Below, piece by piece: positions 36,922 to 46,324 of a stretch of DNA of 64,000 bases. The notes under the pieces were generated by a model. That model was not told the DNA's origin and did not search any database. It saw only the letters and a program-made list of their open reading frames with translations. The stretch spans positions 926,459 through 990,458 of the forward strand of contig JADJVA010000020.1 of the NCBI GenBank assembly GCA_016716765.1, in the 5' to 3' direction. How positions within the stretch are numbered: the first letter of the stretch is position 1; each line of letters opens with the position of its first letter. The position numbers and the translations under genes were made by a program. This stretch comes from Bdellovibrionales bacterium. Its GTDB lineage: Bacteria; Bdellovibrionota; Bdellovibrionia; Bdellovibrionales; UBA1609.

Positions 36922-38249
36922 TGAGAATGAAATGGCCCCAAACTCTTCTCTTAGCATGGAGAAATGTAATTCGACACTGGAGACATTCACTCTCAACCCT
37001 CATTGCGATTGCGGGTGGCTTCACTGCGATTTGCCTTTTTGATGGCTTCATGGAGGGAATCAAACAGCAAAGTTTGGAGTCGTTTTCAGTTCGTTTTATG
37101 ATGGGCGATGTCATTATCGAAAGGCCCGAGACCCAATTTCATCTCACGGACGGCGATTTTTCTTATACTTTGAGCAAAGAAGAGCAGATCTTTCTTGAAG
37201 AATTTTTCCAGCAGGATCCTGATTTTTTGATGCGCTCTCGATTTCTTGGCGTCCTCGGCATGGCTGACAATGGATCCACTCATGCAATTTTTTACGGAAG
37301 TGGATATGATTTAATTGACGGGACAAAAATGCGGGGACCCATTTGGGACTGGAATACTCTGGCCGGAAAACCATTGCACCTGTCCAATCCATTCTCTGCC
37401 CTGCTGGGGCAGGGACTTGGAAAGCGTTTGGGCTGCGAGATGGAAAACCCCAAACCAGAGCTTCATCCGGAGGGTGGTTATGCCCACGAAGACAGGCCAT
37501 TTCGCTGTCAATCAAATAGACTTCAGATTTCGGCTACCACCGAGTCGGGACAGATCAATGCCTTCGATGTTGAAGTGGCCGGAATTATAGATGTATCTAT
37601 TCGGGAATTGGATTCCAAATACATTAGTTTTTCTCTCGAAACCGCTCAACGATTACTCAACACTGATCGTATTTTGCGCACCACCGTAAAACTCAAGGAT
37701 CCCTCCATGGTTGGACCGTTTACTTCTCGCTTGCGGGAGAAGGCTCGGGAAAGAGGATTTAATTTTGATATAATACCCGTGATGGAACATCAGGTATCAA
37801 AAATTACTCGCGACGGATTAAGACTCATTTCCTTATTTCGAGGACTTTTTATGACGATTGTTATTCTGATCAGTATTCTGTCTATTGCTAACACAATGAT
37901 GAAAGCTGTGACTGAGCGAACCAGAGAAATTGGCACCTTGCGAAGTCTCGGTCTCCTTCCAAACGAAATCCGCAGAATCTTTGCTTGCGAAGGCACATTT
38001 ATCGCAGTCAACTCGAGTCTTCTGGGCTTGGTATTTACGCTTATCATTTCGACCTTAATCAATATCAGTCGACTCAGCTACTCCGCCGGCATATTGGCAA
38101 CTCCCTTGCCATTGCGTGTATTTTGGGTACCAGAATCTTGGGGGAGCATCTCCATCTTGCTGATGAGTCTCGCTTTTGTGACGGCCTGGGTGGCCTCAAG
38201 AAAGGCAACTTCCAGAGTCATTGCCGATAATCTCCGTCATGTGACATAG
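36918..38249 (+). CDS. Second FtsX-family ABC permease
   Basis: Same architecture as 34765-36129 (...TERTREIGTLRSLGLLPNEI...). The start overlaps the LolA-like stop. Confidence 0.8.
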   Translation: MMRMKWPQTLLLAWRNVIRHWRHSLSTLIAIAGGFTAICLFDGFMEGIKQQSLESFSVRFMMGDVIIERPETQFHLTDGDFSYTLSKEEQIFLEEFFQQDPDFLMRSRFLGVLGMADNGSTHAIFYGSGYDLIDGTKMRGPIWDWNTLAGKPLHLSNPFSALLGQGLGKRLGCEMENPKPELHPEGGYAHEDRPFRCQSNRLQISATTESGQINAFDVEVAGIIDVSIRELDSKYISFSLETAQRLLNTDRILRTTVKLKDPSMVGPFTSRLREKARERGFNFDIIPVMEHQVSKITRDGLRLISLFRGLFMTIVILISILSIANTMMKAVTERTREIGTLRSLGLLPNEIRRIFACEGTFIAVNSSLLGLVFTLIISTLINISRLSYSAGILATPLPLRVFWVPESWGSISILLMSLAFVTAWVASRKATSRVIADNLRHVT

Positions 38250-38422
38250 GAAAGTTCAGTGACAACCCCTCAAATGCCCTACTTACAGGTGTTTTGCAGA
38301 TCTTTCCCATTTTTTGCGATGCTTTTATCATTGTGATCTTATTTCTCTTCTGCTAGTGTCCCCGATCCAGAGAATGCTAAAAGGAAATCAAAAACAATTA
38401 ATCACAACCTTCAGGAGGCTCT

Positions 38423-38806
38423 ATGCTTCGTTTTCTAGTTTTGGCTACAACTTCATTCTTATCGATCGCCCCACTCGCACAGGCATCTTTTGGCCGAGCA
38501 CCAACCAAAACTGGAGATTACTGTCTAGACCAAGGCTTTGAAGTGCTGAAAAAGAGATTTGGAGCGGATCACGACATTGCATTCAAATACACAGTTGGAG
38601 AAAGCCCGAGAGTTTCCAATGCGCTTCAATATGCTTATACCATTAGCGATCTCTGTTCTGGAGTTTTTTATCTTTCCACTGGTGCTGGAATTGACATTCA
38701 AAACTGCACAAATGTTCATTATGGGCGAGTTCCTAAAAAATTCGTTGGGATTGAAGCGGACGGCCAATGCAAACAGATTTTGCCACACTCTGAACCTGTT
38801 GAATAA
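38423..38806 (+). CDS. Small secreted hypothetical protein
   Basis: Signal peptide MLRFLVLATTSFLSIAPLAQA. 127 aa with 4 Cys. Confidence 0.5.
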   Translation: MLRFLVLATTSFLSIAPLAQASFGRAPTKTGDYCLDQGFEVLKKRFGADHDIAFKYTVGESPRVSNALQYAYTISDLCSGVFYLSTGAGIDIQNCTNVHYGRVPKKFVGIEADGQCKQILPHSEPVE

Positions 38807-38918
38807 GTTCATTAGTGACGATGTGGTAACATCTATTCATTTATAAACCGAAGTGTGGCACGAACAGAACTGGTGATCTCAGGAGTTAGTGCCATACAGA
38901 TATCTCTCTGTCGCTCTT

Positions 38919-41564
38919 CTATCCTGTGTTTCTCATTCCAGCAGAAATACCACTGATGGTCAGAGCAAGAATTCTTTGCGCCCAGGTGTCGTCAGGATTT
39001 TCGCGATATATTTTTAGAAAATGGCACTGCAAAATATTTAAGACATCTACGTAAGGAGTTCTTACGCTGATAGATCTTCGCAATACGGGATTGTCTTCCA
39101 AAAGCCTTTTGTGACCAGTGATTTGAGCCAATGTCGAAACAGACAGTCGATAGGCTTCAATTATCTCAAGAGTCAGATCTTGATTCCCCTGACTCACGAG
39201 AGTATCTGAATAGCGTTTAAAAACAGAGATATCGACTTTGGCCAATACCATTTCCAACAAATCCAGCGTTGCTTTGAAAAATGGCCACTCTTTGTACATC
39301 AATCTGAGTTGGCGAAGCTCACCCCTTGCTATTGACGCCTCTAAGGCCTCCCCAAGTCCAAACCACGACGGAAGCAAACCGCGGTTTTGGGTCCAAGAAT
39401 AGACCCAAGGAATTGCCCTCAATGAATCAAGGTTAATGCCTGCCTTTCTTCGTGCTGGACGACTTCCAATCTTAAAGAGCGCTAATTCCTGGACCGGCGT
39501 CACCTCTGTAAAATATGAAATGAATCTTTCGTTTTCGTAAATGAATTTTCGAAAAGAGCGACTTGAGTCTTCAGCGAGTCGATCCACAATTGAATACCAA
39601 ATTTTCTTTTCTTTTGGAGGCCTAGATACAGCGGCTTCAAGAACTCCGGCCACATAGAGATCCAGCGTACGTTCAGCAATTCCGGGAAGACCAAATTTGC
39701 CGTGAACTGTTTCTCCTTGTTCTGTTACCCGCAAACGTCCATTTCCACTTCCCCGCGGAAGCGCCAACAGAGCCAAATGAATTGGGCCACCACCTCGACC
39801 AATGCTACCCCCTCGCCCGTGAAAGAACTCAAAACCAATTCCCTTCTGGTGAGCCAATTCCTCCAGCTCTGTTTGAATTTGATGAAGAAGCCAAGCTGAA
39901 GCCAAACGCCCTGATCGCTTCGCTGAATCCGAATACCCAAGCATTACCATTTGGTAATTTCCCACATATTTCCTATAGTAAGAAAGATCGAGAAGCGATT
40001 CTAAAATCCTTCGACCATTTTTTAGGGCCTCGGGAGTTTCAAACAGAGGTACGACTGGCAAATGCCTCTTGAGATTTGCTATTTTTAACAAGACAAACGC
40101 TTCTAGTAAATCAGAAGGTTCCTCGGTCATTGAAATCACATAAGATCGGAAGCAATCTTCAGGAAAATCATTGATGAGGTTGCAAGTGTCCAGCACTTCT
40201 CGTCCCAATGCCGACCACTCCGGAGGTCTCTCAATTATTTTTTCGTCATTCAAAATATCAAGCAGGACTTTTTGTTTTCCTTGCTCATTCAGTTCGCGAT
40301 AATTCTCTTTAAAGAGATGGAAAACCAGTTCAGCAACAACTTCTTCATGCACATCAGAGGATTGACGTATATCCAAACTCAAGAGGGCCACTCCAAATAT
40401 CTCTAAGCGGCGAATCAAATCAAGAGTCCTTCCTTGCGCCAAATCATTTGCTCCAATGGAAACCAGACTTCGATACACAACCTTCAAAGGCTCAATTATT
40501 TCACTCTTTCCAATTAGATTTCCTCGCGAAACTTCCAAGCCATTCAGATTTTTCAGAACCACTTGTTTTGACTTTTCAATATCATGACTAAGTTTATCAA
40601 GTAGGATCCGATAGGGTTCAGCCGGCTCCCCACCCCCAACCAAATCCAAGAGTTCAGAAGAGGCGCTCTTAAAGGACATCTCCTTGAGAAGCCAGTCGAC
40701 TTCGCTCAAAATTAATTGATAGCCACTAGACATTCCCTTGTAAAGAACCTGTCTTGTTACCTGGGCTGTCACATAGGGATTTCCATCTCGATCGCCACCT
40801 ACCCAAGAAGAGAAACGTATTGGCCTGGCATTCAAACTTATTTCTTCTTTCAAATATCTCAGCGCCGAATCATTCAATCTTCGATAAAATCGAGGAACCG
40901 CATCCCAAAGCACTTCTTCGACAATGGAAAATCCGCTGAGGGATTCCGTAAAAGGAGTCGGACCGGCCTCCTGAACAATTTCCGTCAAACACAGGGCACG
41001 AATATTCCTATCTAAGGATTTTTTTGCCTGTTCCTTTTCCCATCTGGTAGAATCTCTCCGGTCCAGAATTGCCAAATTTTGTGTCACATGCTTATAACGG
41101 CGAATGGCGGATTGGCGCATCGATTCTGTCGGATGAGACGTCAAAACAAGATCTACTTCCATTTGATTTAATTTCTCGACAACTTGAGAAATCATTTTTG
41201 GTTTCAAGTTTTTTAAAAAAGCCTCCACACTCCCCTTTTGCGGAAGACTGGAATGTGTCTCATAATAGAGACGACGCCGAGTTCTATGGTGCTGTTCTGC
41301 CGCGTTTGCGAGGCGAAGGAACTCTGTAAAAGACCTCGCAATTTTGAAAGACTTTTCAGATCCTGATAGCCTGAGAAATCTTTCGATACTTCCGATTGAT
41401 CTACGGCTTCCTCGTCTCAAATCCTTTGCCCAACGGCGAACAAGTTCAACCTCCTTGAGGAATTCTGGAGAATGAGATTCGGCCAATACCCTGCCCAGTC
41501 GAGAGCCCAAATCTCTAATATTCGATCTCAAGGCCTGTGCGCTATAGGTTCCTGATTTAACCAC
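38919..41564 (-). CDS. ppc: Phosphoenolpyruvate carboxylase
   Basis: VMLGYSDSAKRSG, FHGRGGSIGRGGGP, and the C-terminal GMRNTG. 881 aa. Confidence 0.95.
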   Translation of the reverse strand: MVKSGTYSAQALRSNIRDLGSRLGRVLAESHSPEFLKEVELVRRWAKDLRRGSRRSIGSIERFLRLSGSEKSFKIARSFTEFLRLANAAEQHHRTRRRLYYETHSSLPQKGSVEAFLKNLKPKMISQVVEKLNQMEVDLVLTSHPTESMRQSAIRRYKHVTQNLAILDRRDSTRWEKEQAKKSLDRNIRALCLTEIVQEAGPTPFTESLSGFSIVEEVLWDAVPRFYRRLNDSALRYLKEEISLNARPIRFSSWVGGDRDGNPYVTAQVTRQVLYKGMSSGYQLILSEVDWLLKEMSFKSASSELLDLVGGGEPAEPYRILLDKLSHDIEKSKQVVLKNLNGLEVSRGNLIGKSEIIEPLKVVYRSLVSIGANDLAQGRTLDLIRRLEIFGVALLSLDIRQSSDVHEEVVAELVFHLFKENYRELNEQGKQKVLLDILNDEKIIERPPEWSALGREVLDTCNLINDFPEDCFRSYVISMTEEPSDLLEAFVLLKIANLKRHLPVVPLFETPEALKNGRRILESLLDLSYYRKYVGNYQMVMLGYSDSAKRSGRLASAWLLHQIQTELEELAHQKGIGFEFFHGRGGSIGRGGGPIHLALLALPRGSGNGRLRVTEQGETVHGKFGLPGIAERTLDLYVAGVLEAAVSRPPKEKKIWYSIVDRLAEDSSRSFRKFIYENERFISYFTEVTPVQELALFKIGSRPARRKAGINLDSLRAIPWVYSWTQNRGLLPSWFGLGEALEASIARGELRQLRLMYKEWPFFKATLDLLEMVLAKVDISVFKRYSDTLVSQGNQDLTLEIIEAYRLSVSTLAQITGHKRLLEDNPVLRRSISVRTPYVDVLNILQCHFLKIYRENPDDTWAQRILALTISGISAGMRNTG

Positions 41565-42144
41565 TTGCTGCTAATTCCTTTCCAGCCTTTAGTTCCTTGT
41601 ATCTAAAACAGCTCGTCAAATGATCGTTAACCATTCCAACTGCCTGCATATGTGCATAAACAATAGTTGAACCAACAAATTTAAAACCTCGCTTCTTGAG
41701 ATCTTTGCTCCAGAGATCAGATATTTCAGTTTTGGCAGGAAGGTCCCCCATATTTTTTCGGCGATTATGAATGGGTTTTCCTTTAACAAAGGCCCATTGA
41801 TAACTCGAGAAGGAACCAAATTCCTTTTGAACGTCTAAAAAACATTGCGCGTTTGTTATGGCAGACGCAATCTTCAACCTATTTCTGACTATCAGTGCAT
41901 TATTTAAAAGCTTTTGAACCTCTCTCTTTCCGTACTTGGCTACGACTTCAGGATCAAAATTTGCGAACGCCCTTCGATATCCCTCTCGCTTACGTAGAAT
42001 GGTCAACCAGGATAAGCCCGCCTGCGCCCCTTCCAAAATTAAAAACTCAAATAACTTTCTGTCATCATAAACAGGAACTCCCCATTCAAGATCGTGATAA
42101 TTGACATAGAGAGGATCCTGGCCACACCACCCACAGCGCTTCAT
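41557..42144 (-). CDS. tag: DNA-3-methyladenine glycosylase I
   Basis: MKRCGWCGQDPLYVNYHDLEWGVPVYDDRKLFEFLILEGAQAGLSW matches the Tag N-terminus. The internal ATG at 42144 is chosen on that basis. Confidence 0.9.
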   Translation of the reverse strand: MKRCGWCGQDPLYVNYHDLEWGVPVYDDRKLFEFLILEGAQAGLSWLTILRKREGYRRAFANFDPEVVAKYGKREVQKLLNNALIVRNRLKIASAITNAQCFLDVQKEFGSFSSYQWAFVKGKPIHNRRKNMGDLPAKTEISDLWSKDLKKRGFKFVGSTIVYAHMQAVGMVNDHLTSCFRYKELKAGKELAASG

Positions 42145-42270
42145 CAAATAGTTCCTTTCAAGAATGATATGTTTATAAACCATATGCCGTAAAATATGGT
42201 CAATACAGGATTCTGATATTTCGCTTGTCAGATGAACCAGATTTGGCTAGGTTTTCGAGCGTCATACTCC

Positions 42271-42349
<79 letters not shown>

Positions 42350-42651
42350 TCTTGCCATCTATGTCATTGCCAAGGTAAAGTCCCTCTCTGTTGCTTAATT
42401 CTTGGATATTGTTAAACAATTAGACAAGATTTTTTTCTAACTAGTTGAAACTACATACTTGAAGTTCGGTTCGAAGTTTGCTTATCAGAACAGTAACGCA
42501 TCTTGTTTTATTCACCGAGCGAAAATTTATTACTACTTAGGATGAGTGGAATGCCTCAATTGCGCCAATGGATGGGGATTTTTACGATTGTAGTTGCTTT
42601 AAATGAGCATCAGTTCGCCGAGGCGGGCCCCCTTCTTCTCGAGGCTCTGAA

Positions 42652-43038
42652 ATGGCTTCCCAGTCGGGTGATCTGGGAAAGGACGACGGCGAAGCCCTTC
42701 TTCAGGAGCTCACAGAAACAGAGAGCTTGGAAAAAGAGCTCAGAGATGACCCAGCAAAAGATACGAATAAACAAGTCACAGACAGAAACCCTGCGTGGTC
42801 CAGCCTTCCTCCAGCAAACAGCGAGAAGGCGCGCCTAAGTCATCAGGATAGTGACGTCGATGAAAAAATAAATGCGTTTCACAGGGGTCAAGAACTACAT
42901 GCGACTCCAGTACCTAAACTATCGATCGAGGAACTGGAGGACAGATGTTCGCCAAGACCACATCGCCCACCTCATATGACCCGAGAGAAAACGACTAAAA
43001 ATAGAAAATTTATTACTATTACTTTCAAAGAACAGTAG
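42652..43038 (+). CDS. Hypothetical acidic/proline-rich protein; frame assignment uncertain
   Basis: ORF of 128 aa overlapping a second ORF (42503-42838) that carries a signal-peptide-like start. No recognisable family. Confidence 0.25.
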   Translation: MASQSGDLGKDDGEALLQELTETESLEKELRDDPAKDTNKQVTDRNPAWSSLPPANSEKARLSHQDSDVDEKINAFHRGQELHATPVPKLSIEELEDRCSPRPHRPPHMTREKTTKNRKFITITFKEQ

Positions 43039-43098
43039 TCGCCCCAATTATAGCTATAGTTACAGAATATAAATTTTCGAGCTCAAGTTCAAACATTC

Positions 43099-43944
43099 TC
43101 AAGAGCGTTGTGAATTTGTCCTTCTTTGAATCTCCCGCATTTCATCATCAAGAAAGTAGGCAGCATTCTCCCCGAGCTTGCGAACGCGTTCGATAATCAC
43201 CCGAGCCTGATCGAATCTTCCGTTTGCCATAAGCATATTCACATATGCTCTGGTCACTTTAATCTGAATGACTCCAGGCTTTGATTCGAGAATATGATCA
43301 AAATATGTCATTGCCATTTCAATTTTGCTCGTTATCGCCAAAACTTTGGCATACTCAAATAGAATTTCGCTCTCTCGTCCTCCAGCCTTTACATAATCGG
43401 CGAACGTCAAAGTCGCGTCATTCCATCTTCCTAACTTAGACTGCACGAGTGCCAAGGCCGATGTGTACTTAATTTCCTTTGAATTGTGGAGGTGCAACTT
43501 CGACAGCGTCGTTGCAACACAGTTCAATTCAGCACGCCTTTCACAAATCTCGGCTTTTCTCTCTAAATCTGCGATCTGAGCTATACCTGCTAGTTCCTTC
43601 CCTTTTATCAAAGCTATTTCAACAGCGTACGAATCCCATTGTATGACATGGATCACTCCCAAAACCAACAATACGGCTGCACCAACAAGTCCAGCAGCCG
43701 TTCTCGAATCGCTCTGAGACTCAGCGTGGGCTGATCTTAAAGAACTTGTCCAACCGCACTCACACACCGCCATTTGCATAAATATTCGATCCTTCGTGAT
43801 CGTTTTGCCACAGATCGGACAGCTGAGATGTCTGAGCTTCCCCTGATGAATTATATTTGTGCCATAAGCCATTGTGCAATTCCCTTCAATATGTTTCAAA
43901 TCGAGACAAGTCGAATCTCTCCAAATACTTGCGCTCTTGAACAT
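43099..43944 (-). CDS. Membrane-anchored TPR-repeat protein with an N-terminal zinc-ribbon
   Basis: CPICGKT...CECGW cysteine pairs, one TM (AAGLVGAAVLLVLGVIHVI), and a C-terminal TPR-like helical repeat pattern. The start is ambiguous (43944 or 43872). Confidence 0.55.
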   Translation of the reverse strand: MFKSASIWRDSTCLDLKHIEGNCTMAYGTNIIHQGKLRHLSCPICGKTITKDRIFMQMAVCECGWTSSLRSAHAESQSDSRTAAGLVGAAVLLVLGVIHVIQWDSYAVEIALIKGKELAGIAQIADLERKAEICERRAELNCVATTLSKLHLHNSKEIKYTSALALVQSKLGRWNDATLTFADYVKAGGRESEILFEYAKVLAITSKIEMAMTYFDHILESKPGVIQIKVTRAYVNMLMANGRFDQARVIIERVRKLGENAAYFLDDEMREIQRRTNSQRS

Positions 43945-44105
43945 ATCGCAAGAATTATGCCTCCCAAACCTGGGACCATTTCTCTTAGTTCGGCGAAAAC
44001 TGTTAAGTGAACGACAAGGTTCAGTATCCTAACACTTTCTAGAACAAAGAGATTATCCTGAGCCACCTCCTCAAGCCTCATTTCGTTGCAGGAATGACTG
44101 AAGCA

Positions 44106-45446
44106 TTAATCCTCTCCAGGTACGCGCGCCTTTTGGAACCCTTCTCCCTCTTCTATAACCTCACTATTGTCCGCGAAGGGATCCTGTCGCTGAGGCACGG
44201 GCTTCTGCGGTGGCAACTTCTGTGGTGGTGGCGGCTTCTGTGGTGCTGTCTTCTCACCTTGAGGCTCAGTTTGGCCCCGCATTTTATCCTTCAGCAGTCT
44301 TTCTTTTACGTCGATAACAAAATCTTTAATGCCTTCATCTACTTCAACTTGAGCCACCATCGCTCCATCGATAGACTGACGATCGTTGACGATCTCGTAG
44401 GCGTCGGAAGCACGAATATCTCCTCTTTCCACAGCTTTTGCGATTTCAACATCCATGATTTGCATGCCGTCTTTTTTTCCAACCAGCATGGAATTTTCGA
44501 TTTGAAATGTTTTTCCTTCGCGAATAAGATTGGCAACAGCCTCATTATTAACCAAAATATCCTGAAAGCACTTAAGTTTTGTTTTATCAAAATTTAGAAC
44601 AAGTTTCTGGGAAACCACCAGCCGCAAGGTTTCCGCTAAAACAGTACGAATCTCCGCCTGTTCGCCTGATGCAAAACTACTGATAATTCGATCAATCGTC
44701 TTTGCTGCAGAGTTAGTATGAAGTGTTGACAATACCAAGTGCCCGGTTTCGGCCGCATGTATTGCCGCCATCATGGTTTCCTGATCGCGCATCTCCCCAA
44801 CAAGTATGACATCGGGATCCTCTCGCATGGCGGCCCTAAGAGCTGTCCCAAACGTAACAAAATCGTGTCCTAAGGATCTTTGGTTAACTAAACATTTTTT
44901 ACTCTCGTGGATATATTCAATAGGATCCTCAATCGTTACAATATGGCCTTTCTGATGTTCATTTATGTAATCAATCATTGCAGCTAAAGTCGTTGACTTC
45001 CCAGACCCAGTCGGTCCAGTGAGCAAAATCAATCCATTGTAATAGGAACATGCCTTTTTCAATACTGGGGGCATTCGCAGTTCATCAAGAGTTGGAGGCT
45101 TCATGGGCAACAATCTCAAAACAAATGCCATCCCATGTCGCTGATGAAAGAGGTGGGCCCGAAAGACTCCAATACCAGGAGATTGAAACGAAAAATCGAC
45201 GCTCTTTTTTTCCTCGAATTCTTTACGCTGGCGGTCTCCTAGAATCGGATAAACTAAATTTTTTACCTCATCAGGCTTGAAGGGAGGAATATCTATTTTC
45301 TCCATTTGGCCGCGAACCCGAATCATAGGCGGATTATTTGCGGAGACATGAAGATCGGAACCTCCATTGCGTAATAAGCATTTGAGAAGACTGAGAAAAA
45401 GTCTTCCTGCTCGGGGAGGCGTATTCTGGTTGATCGAGGATTCCAT
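44106..45446 (-). CDS. PilT-family type IV pilus retraction ATPase paralog with a ~90-aa Pro/Gln-rich C-terminal extension
   Basis: Walker A GPTGSGKSTT, TIEDPIE, ILVGEMRD, GHLVLSTLHT. The tail reads ...TAPQKPPPPQKLPPQKPVPQRQDPF... Confidence 0.85.
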   Translation of the reverse strand: MESSINQNTPPRAGRLFLSLLKCLLRNGGSDLHVSANNPPMIRVRGQMEKIDIPPFKPDEVKNLVYPILGDRQRKEFEEKKSVDFSFQSPGIGVFRAHLFHQRHGMAFVLRLLPMKPPTLDELRMPPVLKKACSYYNGLILLTGPTGSGKSTTLAAMIDYINEHQKGHIVTIEDPIEYIHESKKCLVNQRSLGHDFVTFGTALRAAMREDPDVILVGEMRDQETMMAAIHAAETGHLVLSTLHTNSAAKTIDRIISSFASGEQAEIRTVLAETLRLVVSQKLVLNFDKTKLKCFQDILVNNEAVANLIREGKTFQIENSMLVGKKDGMQIMDVEIAKAVERGDIRASDAYEIVNDRQSIDGAMVAQVEVDEGIKDFVIDVKERLLKDKMRGQTEPQGEKTAPQKPPPPQKLPPQKPVPQRQDPFADNSEVIEEGEGFQKARVPGED

Positions 45447-45608
45447 CCAAGTTCATTTCGGATTATTGAGGCTACTTATCGAGAGAGGGGAAAAAATCTG
45501 GCCTTACAATGGTTTCGATTTGAGATCGTCTCAATTTGGGATTCTCACTGAAAAATTTCCGGGATTCTTCCCAGCTGCAATTGGGACATTTGCATTTGTC
45601 ACTTAAAA

Positions 45609-46280
45609 TTGGCACCTTCCCCCAATATTCCATTCGAATATGCCGATAACAGTGCGATGAGCAAAGGACTTAGAAACTTTATTCCAAGGGCGCCTAGGTA
45701 TGTGCTACGACCCAACGACGAGCGCTTTCTGCGATTTGCGCATCACGATGATCGGAGTAATTCCTATGCAACCAGATTTTTAAACCTTTCTGAAACTGGC
45801 CTCGCCTTTGTGATCGATCGCGATACGGCTCCACAAATTGGTGATATCATCAAGATTGAGTTCCCTGTTCCAGGTGACGGCCAAGTCGCCTGGTTTGCTC
45901 GCGTTATTCGAATTGAAGAATATGTCGCCGAAAAAAGTTGGCATCGGCGCCTCGACCAGAGTCTAGACGATTATGTTGTTGTCGGAGTCAGATTCCACGA
46001 TCTCCCGGTAGGACATCAGAATGCCATTCGCGCAGCGCTCAATCATAAATTCAACGCAATACTAAGGGAACGTTACCGAGAAAATTTCTATCAATTTAGC
46101 AGCTTTTTGGCCGCCCACTTCTGGAAGAGTGTGGTCTACCTGGCACTAGCTATCACGACTTTTCTCATTCTCTATTTTTTCTCGCTCCCTAGCGCCAATT
46201 ATGATCAAGACCATGGAGCCCCCTGGGGACAGCGTTTTCCCGCTCTCAATTTTTTTTCTGAGAAAAAAGGGAACGAGTAG
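45609..46280 (+). CDS. PilZ-domain protein with a C-terminal TM segment
   Basis: RYVLR (RxxxR) is followed 24 aa later by NLSETG (NxSxxG). C-terminal TM VVYLALAITTFLILYFF. TTG start, or the internal ATG at 45657. Confidence 0.7.
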   Translation: MAPSPNIPFEYADNSAMSKGLRNFIPRAPRYVLRPNDERFLRFAHHDDRSNSYATRFLNLSETGLAFVIDRDTAPQIGDIIKIEFPVPGDGQVAWFARVIRIEEYVAEKSWHRRLDQSLDDYVVVGVRFHDLPVGHQNAIRAALNHKFNAILRERYRENFYQFSSFLAAHFWKSVVYLALAITTFLILYFFSLPSANYDQDHGAPWGQRFPALNFFSEKKGNE

Positions 46281-46324
46281 CTCGTCACCTGCAAATTGCG
46301 CTCACAAGAAACAATGGAGCCCGG

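Noticed and set aside
44094-44597. 167-aa plus-strand ORF (LLWWWRLLWCCLL...)
   Set aside because: It is antisense to the Pro/Gln-rich tail and C-terminal part of the PilT-like gene, has low-complexity shadow translation, and has no start context.
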